DNA of 63,434 bases, the filler included. It is 16 parts of 16 records of this genome, joined end to end, with 100 filler letters (N's around TTAATTAATTAA, not from the genome) between each part and the next. Parts side by side here need not be neighbours in the genome. Positions count along the whole stretch, not along the records: positions 22,845 to 28,805 come from SRR15195285_19067; positions 28,906 to 32,799 come from SRR15195285_19225; positions 32,900 to 36,491 come from SRR15195285_19364; 13 more parts are not named here. The stretch is one strand, 5' to 3'. Below are positions 22,882-33,458 of this stretch, in pieces (positions within the stretch are counted from its first letter, which is position 1; each line of letters opens with the position of its first letter). Both the position numbers and the translations under genes were made by a program. A model generated the notes under the pieces. It was not told the DNA's origin. It was given only the letters and a program-made list of their open reading frames with translations, and ran no database searches.

Positions 22882-25800
22882 ATGGCGGCGGCGGCGGCGG
22901 GTAGCCCGAGCAGCAGCGCGCCGAAGACGCCGCCCGGGGGACCGGGAAGTTGGCAGCAGCGCTGTCGCGAGGAGGTCGGCTGGTACGCGAACGGAGTGGA
23001 GGGCGTGCCGGAGGCGCAGGACTCCTACACCGGCAGGCAGACGCGGGAGTTCATCGTGAAGTACATAACCACCCGGGAGAATGAGACGCCGAAGCAGATC
23101 GTGGGGAACCTGGAGGATGTGCGGCTGGAGGACTTCCTGGAGCTGAACAACACGCGGTTCTTCAGCGGCGCGCTCAAGGCCTCCAGCAGGCTGCGCAAAG
23201 CGACGAAGCTGCTCATCCCGACCTTGGCCCAGGGAGACAACGGCAAGTTCACTGACGGGGAGGTGCGCGCGACGAACTACCAGATCTGGCTGGTCGAGCA
23301 CACGGACGGCGAAGTGACGGAGCTGCTCGCTTCAGAGGTGCAGGAAGCGGTGTGGTGCTACCGGCGGATCAATGAGGGCTGGACCATCGCTACGGATGCC
23401 CCTCATATGGGGGCTCGCGTCCGACGCGTGTTTCCCGACCAGAAGGATCCCAACGACCCCGACCAGCCGTACTGTGTAAACGGGACCCTCGTCGGCTACC
23501 TGCCCCCGGGCGAGGACGAGGACGACTTCGCGATGTGGCACATGGTACATGATGGCGGAGATGACGATGAAGACCTGGAAGCCGCCGAAGTAGAGGAGGG
23601 CATCCAATGCTACACTGCATTCCAATCCAACAAGCAGGTTGTTCCCGCGAGACCTGCAGCAGCGCCCGCGCCCCCGAGCAAACGGGAGTCGAGCAAGACG
23701 GAGCCGCCCTCGAGCAAAAAGGAGCCGCCCTCGAGCAAAAAGGGGCCGGCCTCAAGCAAAAAGGAGCTGCCGTCGAGCAAAAAGGAGCCGCGCACATCGA
23801 CAGATGCAGCACCAGACAAGGAAGTCAAGAAGAGAAAGGACAAGAACGCACCAAAGGGCCCTCGTGCAGCATTTGCCTTCTTCTACACCGAAGTGCGCGC
23901 AGACATGGTGAAAAGAGACCCGGACTTAACATTTGCCGACGCAGGCAAGCGTATTGGGCAGCTGTGGCGCGATATGGACGCGGACTCGAAGGAACCATAC
24001 GTCGCAATGGCTGATGAGGACAAGCTTCGCTATGCAAAAGAGATGGAGAGCTACGTGCCGCCAGTGGAACAGGTCCCTTCGCCGAAGCGTCAGAAGGGCA
24101 AGGCCACGCAGTCGCCGGTAGAGAGCTCCAGCTCCGAGTCCGAGTCAAGCTCGGAATCGGAATCCGAATCCGAATCAGAGTCTGAATCGGACTCTGACTC
24201 CGAAAACGACAAGGACGCTGGTAAGGAGGACATCGAAGACGCTTCATCGCAACCGAAGGCCCACGATGCGGAGTGGAAGGACCTAGACGAAAAGCAGCGC
24301 GACGCTGCACGAGTGCTTGGCTACACTGAAGAGCAGTGGCAAGGCAAAGAGGTACCCCCTGCTTGCGTTGGCTCGCACTGGGAAACGGACCCAGATGTAG
24401 TACGGACCTGGGAGGAGCTATCACCTGAGCAGTTGGAAGCGGCCCAGGCACTCGGGTATGAGAAGTGGGAGTGGGATAATGCGATGCGAGACGGCGTACT
24501 TCCTGCAGACAACGCATCAACCTCGATGTTTCTAGTAAAGGAGGAGTGTTTCGCGTTTGACTCCGAGGGCAAGGCTTACCAGGCAGTTGTCAAGAAGACG
24601 CGAAGAACAACCGCAACACACGTCCCGTCCCCAGCCAAATATAAAATGGGTTCCCCGAACAGGAAAGAGACCGATGCAACTGTGGAAGACACTATAGGCC
24701 ACGAACCAAATACGAACGGCCAGCCATCGAAAAGATGGGAATATTTCATACATTACAAGGGCTGGAAGTCGAGATGGGACGTGTGGATGACAAATGAGAG
24801 CATTTTCAAAAAAAATGCCGAGAATGCCAAGCTTTGCACCGAGCAAGGTGAGGACGTGAGCAAGGGTCCGTCAGGCTTTTCAAAGAAGGACAAGGAGGCA
24901 CAGAAAGAGAAGCTCAGACAGGAAGCGCTGGCAAAGAAGCAGAGGGAGTTGAAGGCGAAGAAGAAAGCCCAAAAGGCCGCCAGGCGAAAGGCCAAAGTTG
25001 TAAGAAAGGCCGCCAAGGCAGAGGCCAAGAAAGTCAAAGCAGAGGCCAAGCGGGCCAAAAAAACTGCCAAGCGGAAAATGTCTGGCGATGGGACAACTGT
25101 CGACGGAAAACCAAAACGCATTCGCCCGTCGAAGGTTACGGAGGATCGCGTGCGTCGAAACAGCTCTGAAGCCCAAGCAGCACGCCAAGTGCAGCAGACT
25201 GCACTGCCCGAGATCTTGCAAATCCAGCTGTCGCAGGACTACAAAGCATGTCATGACCAGCAGAAGGTGATTGCGCTGCCTCGGAAGCCGTCTGTGGCGC
25301 AGCTGTTCGAAGACTTCGTCACGGCGAAGCTCAAATCGATCCAGTCGAAGCTTTCAAGGGGGCATCGGATTGCTAGTGGCGGTGGCGACGGCGGCCCTGA
25401 CCAGACCACTGCTCGGTCGACTTTGCTAGTTGGCGCCGGTGCTGCCAGCGCAAACAGCACGTCGCCGCCAGGTGCAGCAGCAAAGGATGCCATCTCGGCC
25501 GACGGTGCACAGCAGAACATGAATGGTGCTGTACAGGCACCTAAAGTGCCCAAGTCGAAGAAGGGAATGACGAGTATGCAATGGTCGGACGAAGAGAATG
25601 AGTTGCTACTCAGATTGATTGAAGAAGATGGGGGACCCAACGACTGGCTAAATAAAGCTGCAAAGCTCGGAACCAAACGGAGTGGCGAGGCAGTCTACAA
25701 GCACTATAAGATCCTGGTAAACGAACGTGGACTCACTGGAGGCAATTTCGACTTAACACCGAGAGCTCCGCCGAAAAACTACACTCGCGAGCCTGATGCC

Positions 25801-26592
25801 AAGGTCCAGCATCGTGAGCAGACTATCATGGACGCGAACGAGCTAGCTCAGCACCGTGAGCAATGCAAGCGCTTGATTGCTCCTTGGGAGGAGCTATGTC
25901 GGGGACTGCGCGAGTTTTTCAACGCAGCGCTACTCCCCTTCCTACTGTACAAGTCAGAGCGAGAGCAAGTCGCGGACTTGAGGCGTACCTATCCGGAGTC
26001 AGCTGGTCATGATTTTGCATCACTATATGGACCGGAACACATGCTGCGACTGCTGGTACAGCTACCGGTGCGTGCAAAGTATCGTCCACGCGATTTGCTA
26101 CTCCGCGCAATAGTTGTTTTACCGCAATGCAGTGCAGAGCTAACGTGGTCCATCTGACCAAAATAATGGTGAATGCAGGAACTAATTGCAGGCATACCCA
26201 GAGAGCAGAAGGACGACACGGTGAGCCGTATCTACGGCCAGCATGGTTTTGCACGTTGGTTTGAGCGGCATTTTTATGACTGGTTCCACGACCCCGACGA
26301 TAACTACGTTGCCATCAGTGAGAACCCGTCGCTTGCCACAGCAGTTGCTGAACGCCCCGCTGAGAGCATGGGTGAAACTACGGCAATTGAGGATGCCGGC
26401 GGCGTCGGCACCACCTCAGCCGCGGAGCAACCGGCCTACTTGCGACCTAAGGAGCCTTCAAGTGCCATCGCAGCTGCTTCAACCGGCGTGCCGATTCAGG
26501 AGTCTGGCGCCTCAGTCAAGCATTCCAAGCTACTGTCTCGACTGCTATCCTCTCCAGAGGTGGTCAGTCCAGCCAGTGATGCTACGGGTTAG
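22882..26592 (+). CDS. MRG15/Eaf3-like chromatin protein with added LysM-like, Tudor-like, HMG-box and Myb/SANT domains; intron 26068-26178
   Basis: HMG box KDKNAPKGPRAAFAFF...DKLRYAKEMESY; chromo-barrel YFIHYKGWKSRWDVW; Myb WSDEENELLLRLI; MRG domain LPRKPSVAQL...GLREFFNAAL..FLLYKSEREQ...SLYGPEHMLRLLVQLP. Confidence 0.85.
23689..23790 (+). repeat. Coding tandem repeat, 21-nt unit (SSKKEPP), about 5 copies
   Basis: tcgagcaaaaaggagccgccc variants in tandem. Confidence 0.85.
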
Positions 26593-27025
26593 CACGTCAC
26601 CCTGAGTCTACTGACTGGCTGGTGTCTCTCGAGCAGAGTCTCGATGCCACTAGGCACGTACTGGCAAAGGGAGAACTGTAGAATGTGATTAGAGACCCGG
26701 TAGATCAAGTATTGCTCTCGGGCAGATCAAGCAACCACGGCGAATGCAGCCGCGCGTGCTGACTGGGGCTCAGATAGACTCAACGCACAGGCATCTGGCG
26801 GGATATGTGCATAGGAGATTGGTGCACGCTAGCAAAAGCGTTGCAACAGCCAAGTCACGGTCTTGTAAGCAACAGAAACATGCCTTCTTGAGTGAACACG
26901 GCAACGTAGTGAGCATACATCTACATGCACACGTGCGTCATCTGTTTGCCCTTCAAACGCCTCATCCGAGGTCACGTAGCCTACATCCGTTTCGACTCGC
27001 AGTGCCCTCGCACGAGTGCCTCTTT

Positions 27026-28805
27026 CTACACGGTCGCCCTTGGGCTGCTCCTTGGACTCTCGTCCCTTGCGGCCTCTGCACTATCCACATCGTCCCGTTC
27101 CGCCTGAAGCTTCCTGTTATCGTAGTCACCATTCACAACCAGTGAATCATATTTGCATACGAATGCGTACTTGCAAACCTTGGCCAACTAGGTACAAAGT
27201 GCCAGCAATGGACCCTAGACACTGGCATGCAAATCGCGGGGAAACAGGCACTTACTCGGCTTTCTCACGGTTCCACAAATCGTGCGTTTCCAGCCACGCG
27301 ATCATCTCGTCAAACTCGATAGTGCGGTCACCACCATCGTGCTGGTCGCCGTCAATGTCCGTCATCGCCAGATCGACGTCGCTGTCGCTCAACTGATGAG
27401 GAACAGTCAGCCACGGCACAGCTCAGGGACATTCGGTGTGACGATTCGAGCAGGTGCTGGCACAACCTAGCACTGTCTACGCCTCCGGCTCTTTGCGCGC
27501 AATGCAGGCATAAACAAGTGGATCGCATCACTGAGTCCGTACACACCGGAACATTGAGGTTCGAGAAGAAGACCTTCAATTCACTTTCGTCTATGCGACC
27601 AGAATGATCCTACGCATGCAATCAGGCGCGAAACTTGAGGTGCCGATAGCACAAGCAAACAAGCAAGCCCGGTGTGTACCGGTAAAGGTGGCGCGGTGCA
27701 TACCGGGTCACTTTCCAAAAATGTGGTATGCAAGTCGTCCAAGGTCTTGTATTCCAGCCTATCGCGAAGCCCTCTCAACGAATCCTTCATCCTTGCGGCA
27801 TATTCTTCATGCAGGCGCTTCTCTGCTTCTATATCCTCTTGCGTGCGGTATCTGTGACCCTGGCGGTATTCTAGTACCTCACGCGCGTCGAGGATCCATT
27901 TCGGCATCGAAGGGGCGACAGCTAGAATCATCACGCGCATCAGCAAGACGCAGTGCTCTGTGATCACGAATTGCAGCCACAAGGTCCACTGCTCCCCACG
28001 CTTCATCAGACCGTTGCAGCCGTAATGACATGTGTCGCCCTCTGGGCACGTGTTGACTCCATTTTTATGATACTGCCCCTCCGTGCCATGGACCGTGGTC
28101 GAGACCGGACACAGCAACTGCGATTTAGCGTCCTGGTCACCCACAAAAGTGATCATGGTCGCATTCGTCACGCACGCTAAGAAGCCCAGCACGCTGAGCA
28201 CCGCAAGCCACGATCCGATCCCAGCTCGGGCTCTCCACTTCGGACGCTGGAACGCGAAACACATCTTGAAGCCCGAGGTGCGGATCTCGATGACATTGTT
28301 GACGAAGGCCAAAAACGGCGCCAGAGGAAAGGCCGGCGCAAACAGCACAAGGTATCCAAACTGCACCACGCGGTCGTTGAAGTCCGCAAATGTACCCTCG
28401 TACGGCATCAGTCCTGCCTGCAGCTCGTATGGGTTGCGCATCTTTTTCAACAGCTTCATCTTACCCCGCGGGTCGTCACCGCCTGCAGCGTTGTCCGCCA
28501 CATTTCCAATTTCTTCCAATGCAGCCCGCATGGTATCCGGCAGCATTGCAGTACCCTTTGCAGATGCCTTCATGATGCCCTTCGTGACCGAGTTGGCCTG
28601 GCACTGCGCCTTCCATTTATATACGAACGGCTTCATCGTGTACGCGATCTGCTTACCCACTGTCTTGCCACTGAAGACAATGATCAGCTGCATCTGAAGC
28701 TCGGGCAGACAGTTGCCTTCATGACACGGGTGCGAGGCCTTGGAGATGGGGTCTTCAATCTCGCGCATGTAGGCAATGTAGAACAGCACGAAGTAGTTGT
28801 TGACG
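27026..28805 (-). CDS. Anoctamin/TMEM16 family protein with a C-terminal EF-hand pair; 5' truncated, multi-exon
   Basis: VNNYFVLFYIAY, ELQMQL, VQFGYLVLFAPAFPLAPFLAFVNNVIEIR, RP...GIGSW, VTNA and EH motifs. The spliced tail gives DPDHSGRIDESE and DIDGDQHDGGDRTIEFDE. Confidence 0.9.
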
Positions 28806-29128
28806 NNNNNNNNNNNNNNNNNNNNNNNNNNNNNNNNNNNNNNNNNNNNTTAATTAATTAANNNNNNNNNNNNNNNNNNNNNNNNNNNNNNNNNNNNNNN
28901 NNNNNGGCCCCAGGACCGATCAAATCACATTGTACCGTAACCGCTACGTGTTCGCGCGCAATTGCACTGCTGGGTATTGAGTATGCGCGTGCGGCTTCGT
29001 TGCGGGAGGCGCGCCGTGGGAATTCGAAGGCTCGCATTCTCGCGCCCGCGCCACGCACCCATGCAGGCAGATTAGAGGGCCCGCGCCGGGTCTCAGGCTG
29101 TCGGTGCGGCTTGAGCACGCACCTGGCA

Positions 29129-32100
29129 ATGTTCCGGCTCGCCACCACAGCTGCCCTGATCGGTGAGATCTGTAGCCGTGTACACATGTATGCCTCTTCG
29201 CTACATGCAGTCCTTGTACTCCCAGCATGCGTGAACAGCCACGCGCTGGCCACTCCTCTCTGCCCTGCACTCTCTATGTATGCCAGGGTGCCTCTTCGCT
29301 ACTGTACCGTGCACGCAGTGCCTGTACTGGATGCGTGAACATCCACGCTGGCAGCGGCTGCTCTACTGCCCACTTACTATGTATGCCTCTACTCTACTGC
29401 ACGCAGTGTGGCATGCGTGAACAGCCACTGTGACCCACATCTACTGCCCACTCTCCACTCTCTGCCCACCAGACGCTGGTACGCTGCAGCGTACGGCCAG
29501 TCTGGCCAGCACTCATTTCTCGGCGTCGTTAGGCTAGACCACCGGCGGCACTGCTGGGAAAGAGGAACGGCCTGCAAATAGAATGTACTGTCCACCGTTT
29601 ACACTGGATGACGCTCCTGACCTTCTGGACCAACACTGGCTGTTGGCGCAGCGATGGCGGGGTGCATTGGTGTCGGGCAGGCCCTCCCGCAGAAACATGC
29701 CTCTTCAGCGATGCATGATGCTGGTGGCATCGACCGCGTGCATGTGGTGTGGATGAATCACCTCGACGTTGGTTTCACGAATAACATTGCCAGCGTTCTG
29801 AACATCTACTTTCATGAGTACTTCACGAAGGCGATCGAGACGGCGAAGGAGGTCAACCGGCCGGGCGAGCCGCCAGTGTTTCGCTACACCAGCCACGCCT
29901 GGCTGCTGGATATCTTTCTCAATTGCCCCAAGTTTCTCGGTTTGGAGTGCCCGATGGACAGAATGAGCGAAGACGGAAAGCTCGGGGTCACTCCCGACTA
30001 TGACCCAGCTTGTGTCGTCTGCCCGAATGCAACATTGGTGGAGGCAGTAGAGCAAGGGATCCGAGATGACATCATAACATGGCACGCCTTCCCGTTCAAC
30101 GCGGAACCTGAGCTTGCGGACGCTGGCCTACTACTTGGTGGGATCGACGCTGTGCACGCGCTCGACGCTCGATTTGGAAAGCCAAACAAGACCGTGATCT
30201 CTCAGCGTGATGTTCCTGGCGTATCGCGTGGCATCGTGCCTTTAATGAGGGAACGTGGGCTGGTGGCATTTAGCGAGGGGTGCAATGCGCAGATTCAGCC
30301 ACCCTCTGTCCCGCCGATCTTCAACTGGACTGACACCGCTTCTGGAGCGTCTATTGTGATGCTACTGCACCCACGAGGTTACGGCGTGTCTGTTGACTCG
30401 GTCGCTGAGCCTACGCTGGACGTCGATGGCGAGGAGGAGGCTCCCGCAGTTTGCCCCGGGCTGCAAGGCGCTCGTGGGTTCGGGGTCAACGATGTCGTGC
30501 AAGTACCTGGCTTCAACGAGGCATTGGTGTATGCTTTCAAGAGCGACAACCAAGGGCCGCCTTCCGCTGCTGAGGTTAACGTGATCTTAAGCTGCATTCA
30601 CAACGCGAGTGGGGTTGGACTATTTCCAGGAAGCTCGCCGCAGGTTGTGGGATCAACATTTGATGCTTTTGTTTCTGCGCTGCTTGAGCACCCAACTGCA
30701 GCCGCAAGTTTGCCCGTGATCACTCAAGAGATTGGAGATACTTGTGCGTCGTTGATCACTCGAATTATCTGCGACTGTGACGTTGATTCTTTGGTCTGCT
30801 CTGCTGTCTGTCTGTGCGCAGGGATTTACGGCAGCCAGAGCGATCCGAAAAAGATGAAGCTATTGCGCTTGATGATGCGCGCACGTTCAGCGTGCACAGG
30901 TTGTGACTTCGCAGAGCCAGCCTTGAGGAACTTTACCAGACTGCTGCTTAAGCCGACTGAGCACACGTTCGGCTTGCATGGTCTTGGCCAGTTCTCTACC
31001 TGGGACAATCAACATCTGCATGCTGCCCTGGCAGACCATGACAACGAAACAGCCGCCGGACAGCTCGGATCGACGCTGCGAAAATGGAGTGCTTCTTGGG
31101 TAGAGCAACGGCTGTACCCCGAATATGCTCTTGCCGCGCTGACGGCTCCCGATGCATCAGCAGCTGCAGATTCTTTGCACGTAGCAATTGCCAAAGAAAT
31201 TCAGGAGCAATGGCCAGTCAGGGCGATCGACACCAAAGGCCTCACCAAGTATGCTGGTGGAGGCGACTTCTCCTTTGCGTTTGCGCATTTCTCTGGCACC
31301 GTATCTGCGACAACGGGTGGGTTGAGTGCACTAGTTGCACGATCGCCGGAAGCTGTGGTCCCGGACTGGAGCGCAGATGGTGACTACGATCTATTTCAAT
31401 TTGTATATCGAAGCCTCAGTCAGAAGCACGACTTCACGCCTTTCAGGAACGAGTATACTGGTGATTGGAAGGTACACAGCACCTTCGCCCTCTATCTACA
31501 ATCTTGACAAATCATTGCTCAGTGGCGCACTTCTATTGCTAGGATTAGTGTCCTCTTGGATGACTCCACAGCACGTTTGTTGATGGTAGGTAGTAGATTT
31601 AGCAGGTAGAATCACTACTGAAAGCTGCCATCATGCCATGGCCTGGGTGCTAATATATGCAGACATTCTCAGGATCCTGGTTTACATCTCAGCCAGGATC
31701 TTGTTACGACAAAACCAACCTGGACAACTCAACATGCTCGGAGCAGATGGGCTGTGCGAAGTCCCAAGACTGGTTGCCAGCAGCGATCACAATCTGGCGC
31801 AACAGCACTAGCATCGTCGTGGAAATGACCATGGTGAGACGCCATCAGTTCTCACTCGACTCTTATTGCGAGGCTAATTTGTCACCAACCGTAAACCCGT
31901 GCGCAGCCGACCGAGGCTCACGTGATATACGGGGCACCGGCCAAGGTCTACGTTGGTCTACATTTCAGCACCGCCTTTGCAGCGATCGATACGGATGTCC
32001 GCTGGATAGGCAAGACACCGACTCGCCTCCCCGAAGCGACTCTGCTAATGCTTCCGCTCTCGCACTGCCCCAGCGACGACGAGTGGCTGGTCGACAAGCT

Positions 32101-32517
32101 TGGAAGCTGGGTGGCGGCCTCGGACGTTGTGCCTGACGGCGGCGCGGCACACCTGCATGCTGTTGGTCAAGCTGGTGCCAAACGTGCCTGTGGCAACCAG
32201 ACACTTCACGTTGTTAATGTGGACTCCGCACTGATTTCCGTGGGGCACGCTTCACCGTTCCCGACGCCACTTCGGCCTCTGTCAAAGGCACAGGCGAGTG
32301 GTACCTTGGCGGCTGTGCTGCACAACAACATTTGGGACGTCAACTACCCAATGTGGTATTATCCACCTATCCTTCCAGGCCACCTTGGCTGCTACTATGG
32401 CTGCGCTGGTTGGACCTGACTCCGTAATCTGCACCGTGTGATCGCAGGTATCCCTTCGGCAAGTACACGCAGGTCGACGCCAGCGAGCGCTTTCGGTTCA
32501 AAACGTGGTGGGCGTGA
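29129..32517 (+). CDS. Secreted DUF5054/GH38-N-terminal-like glycoside hydrolase, multi-exon (first intron 29163-29651)
   Basis: Signal peptide MFRLATTAALIAMAGCIG formed across intron 1. Motifs HVVWMNHLDVGFT, ITWHAFPFN, SQRDVPG, DNQGPP, EIGDT, EHTFG, SWVEQR, KTPTRLPEA and LHNNIWDVNYPMWYP. Confidence 0.8.
29186..29470 (+). repeat. Three degenerate units of about 95 nt inside intron 1
   Basis: ATGTATGCC..., GCAGT... and ATGCGTGAACA(G/T)CCAC each recur three times in the same order. Confidence 0.75.
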
Positions 32518-33458
32518 GAGTTCGCTCTTCAATAAATCGATTTATTGAATCATGCGTGCTCAGCAATTCCGTGTCAAACGTCATCGAAAAGGAGTTCCTG
32601 ACTTGGTTCCCCGCATGCGATTTCAGAAATGTGAAAAACCGGGTTGCGTCCATGTCTTCCGCGGCGTGTGACCCGCTTCATTATAGGCATTTCGATACAT
32701 TCTAACATGAAGCTAGGGTTCCTACATAGGTTCGCGGGGCGACAACGTTTTGGGCGACACCGTTGTAATGGTGTCGCCCCGCGGCAGGTATCGCCCAACN
32801 NNNNNNNNNNNNNNNNNNNNNNNNNNNNNNNNNNNNNNNNNNNTTAATTAATTAANNNNNNNNNNNNNNNNNNNNNNNNNNNNNNNNNNNNNNNNNNNNA
32901 ACGGGCCCGAGCTTTGGCAAACCTTGGCGGAGTGCTGGCGGTCGCAGGGCGCGTGCGTAGCCTCACCAACTTTCGGATTCAAGTCCAATCCGTCAATGCT
33001 ACTATTCGAATAGTAGCAGGCGTCTACAGAGCTGACCTTCAAAATAAGCAAACTGTGTGCATTTCTGACTGCTGCTGATGCAGGAATCTGAGGCGGTGAC
33101 ACTGCTGGAGGATGCACTGCAACAAGCGTGGGCGGGTGACGTGACGACGGCAGACTTGCAGAGAAACTTTGACGCGGCAAAGGCAAAACTCCGTAAGTCG
33201 CGTGGGAAGTAGCCTGCGACTGTCCTCCGAATTGGCACGCCAACATCGAACCCGCCGTGGGTGCTCCGTACACGGCTCCGGTGGAACGATCGCCCACATT
33301 CTGACAACAGGGATGCAATTGACTGCCTGAAACAATGTATGCGTGGATACATTCTAGTCTATTCGAATAGCTTAGGAACGCGTGCATTTGTGTTTGCCAG
33401 CATGTTGAACACGTGGCTATTCATTCGGTCACACTTCTGGATTGCGACTCCCTTACTA

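Noticed and set aside
29186-29470. CRISPR-like repeat-spacer array
   Set aside because: Only three degenerate units, the intervening parts are also homologous, it lies inside a spliceosomal intron, and there are no cas genes.
32900-33212. 3' fragment of a gene ending ...DAAKAKLRKSRGK
   Set aside because: Plausible coding tail, but too short and truncated to assign or delimit.
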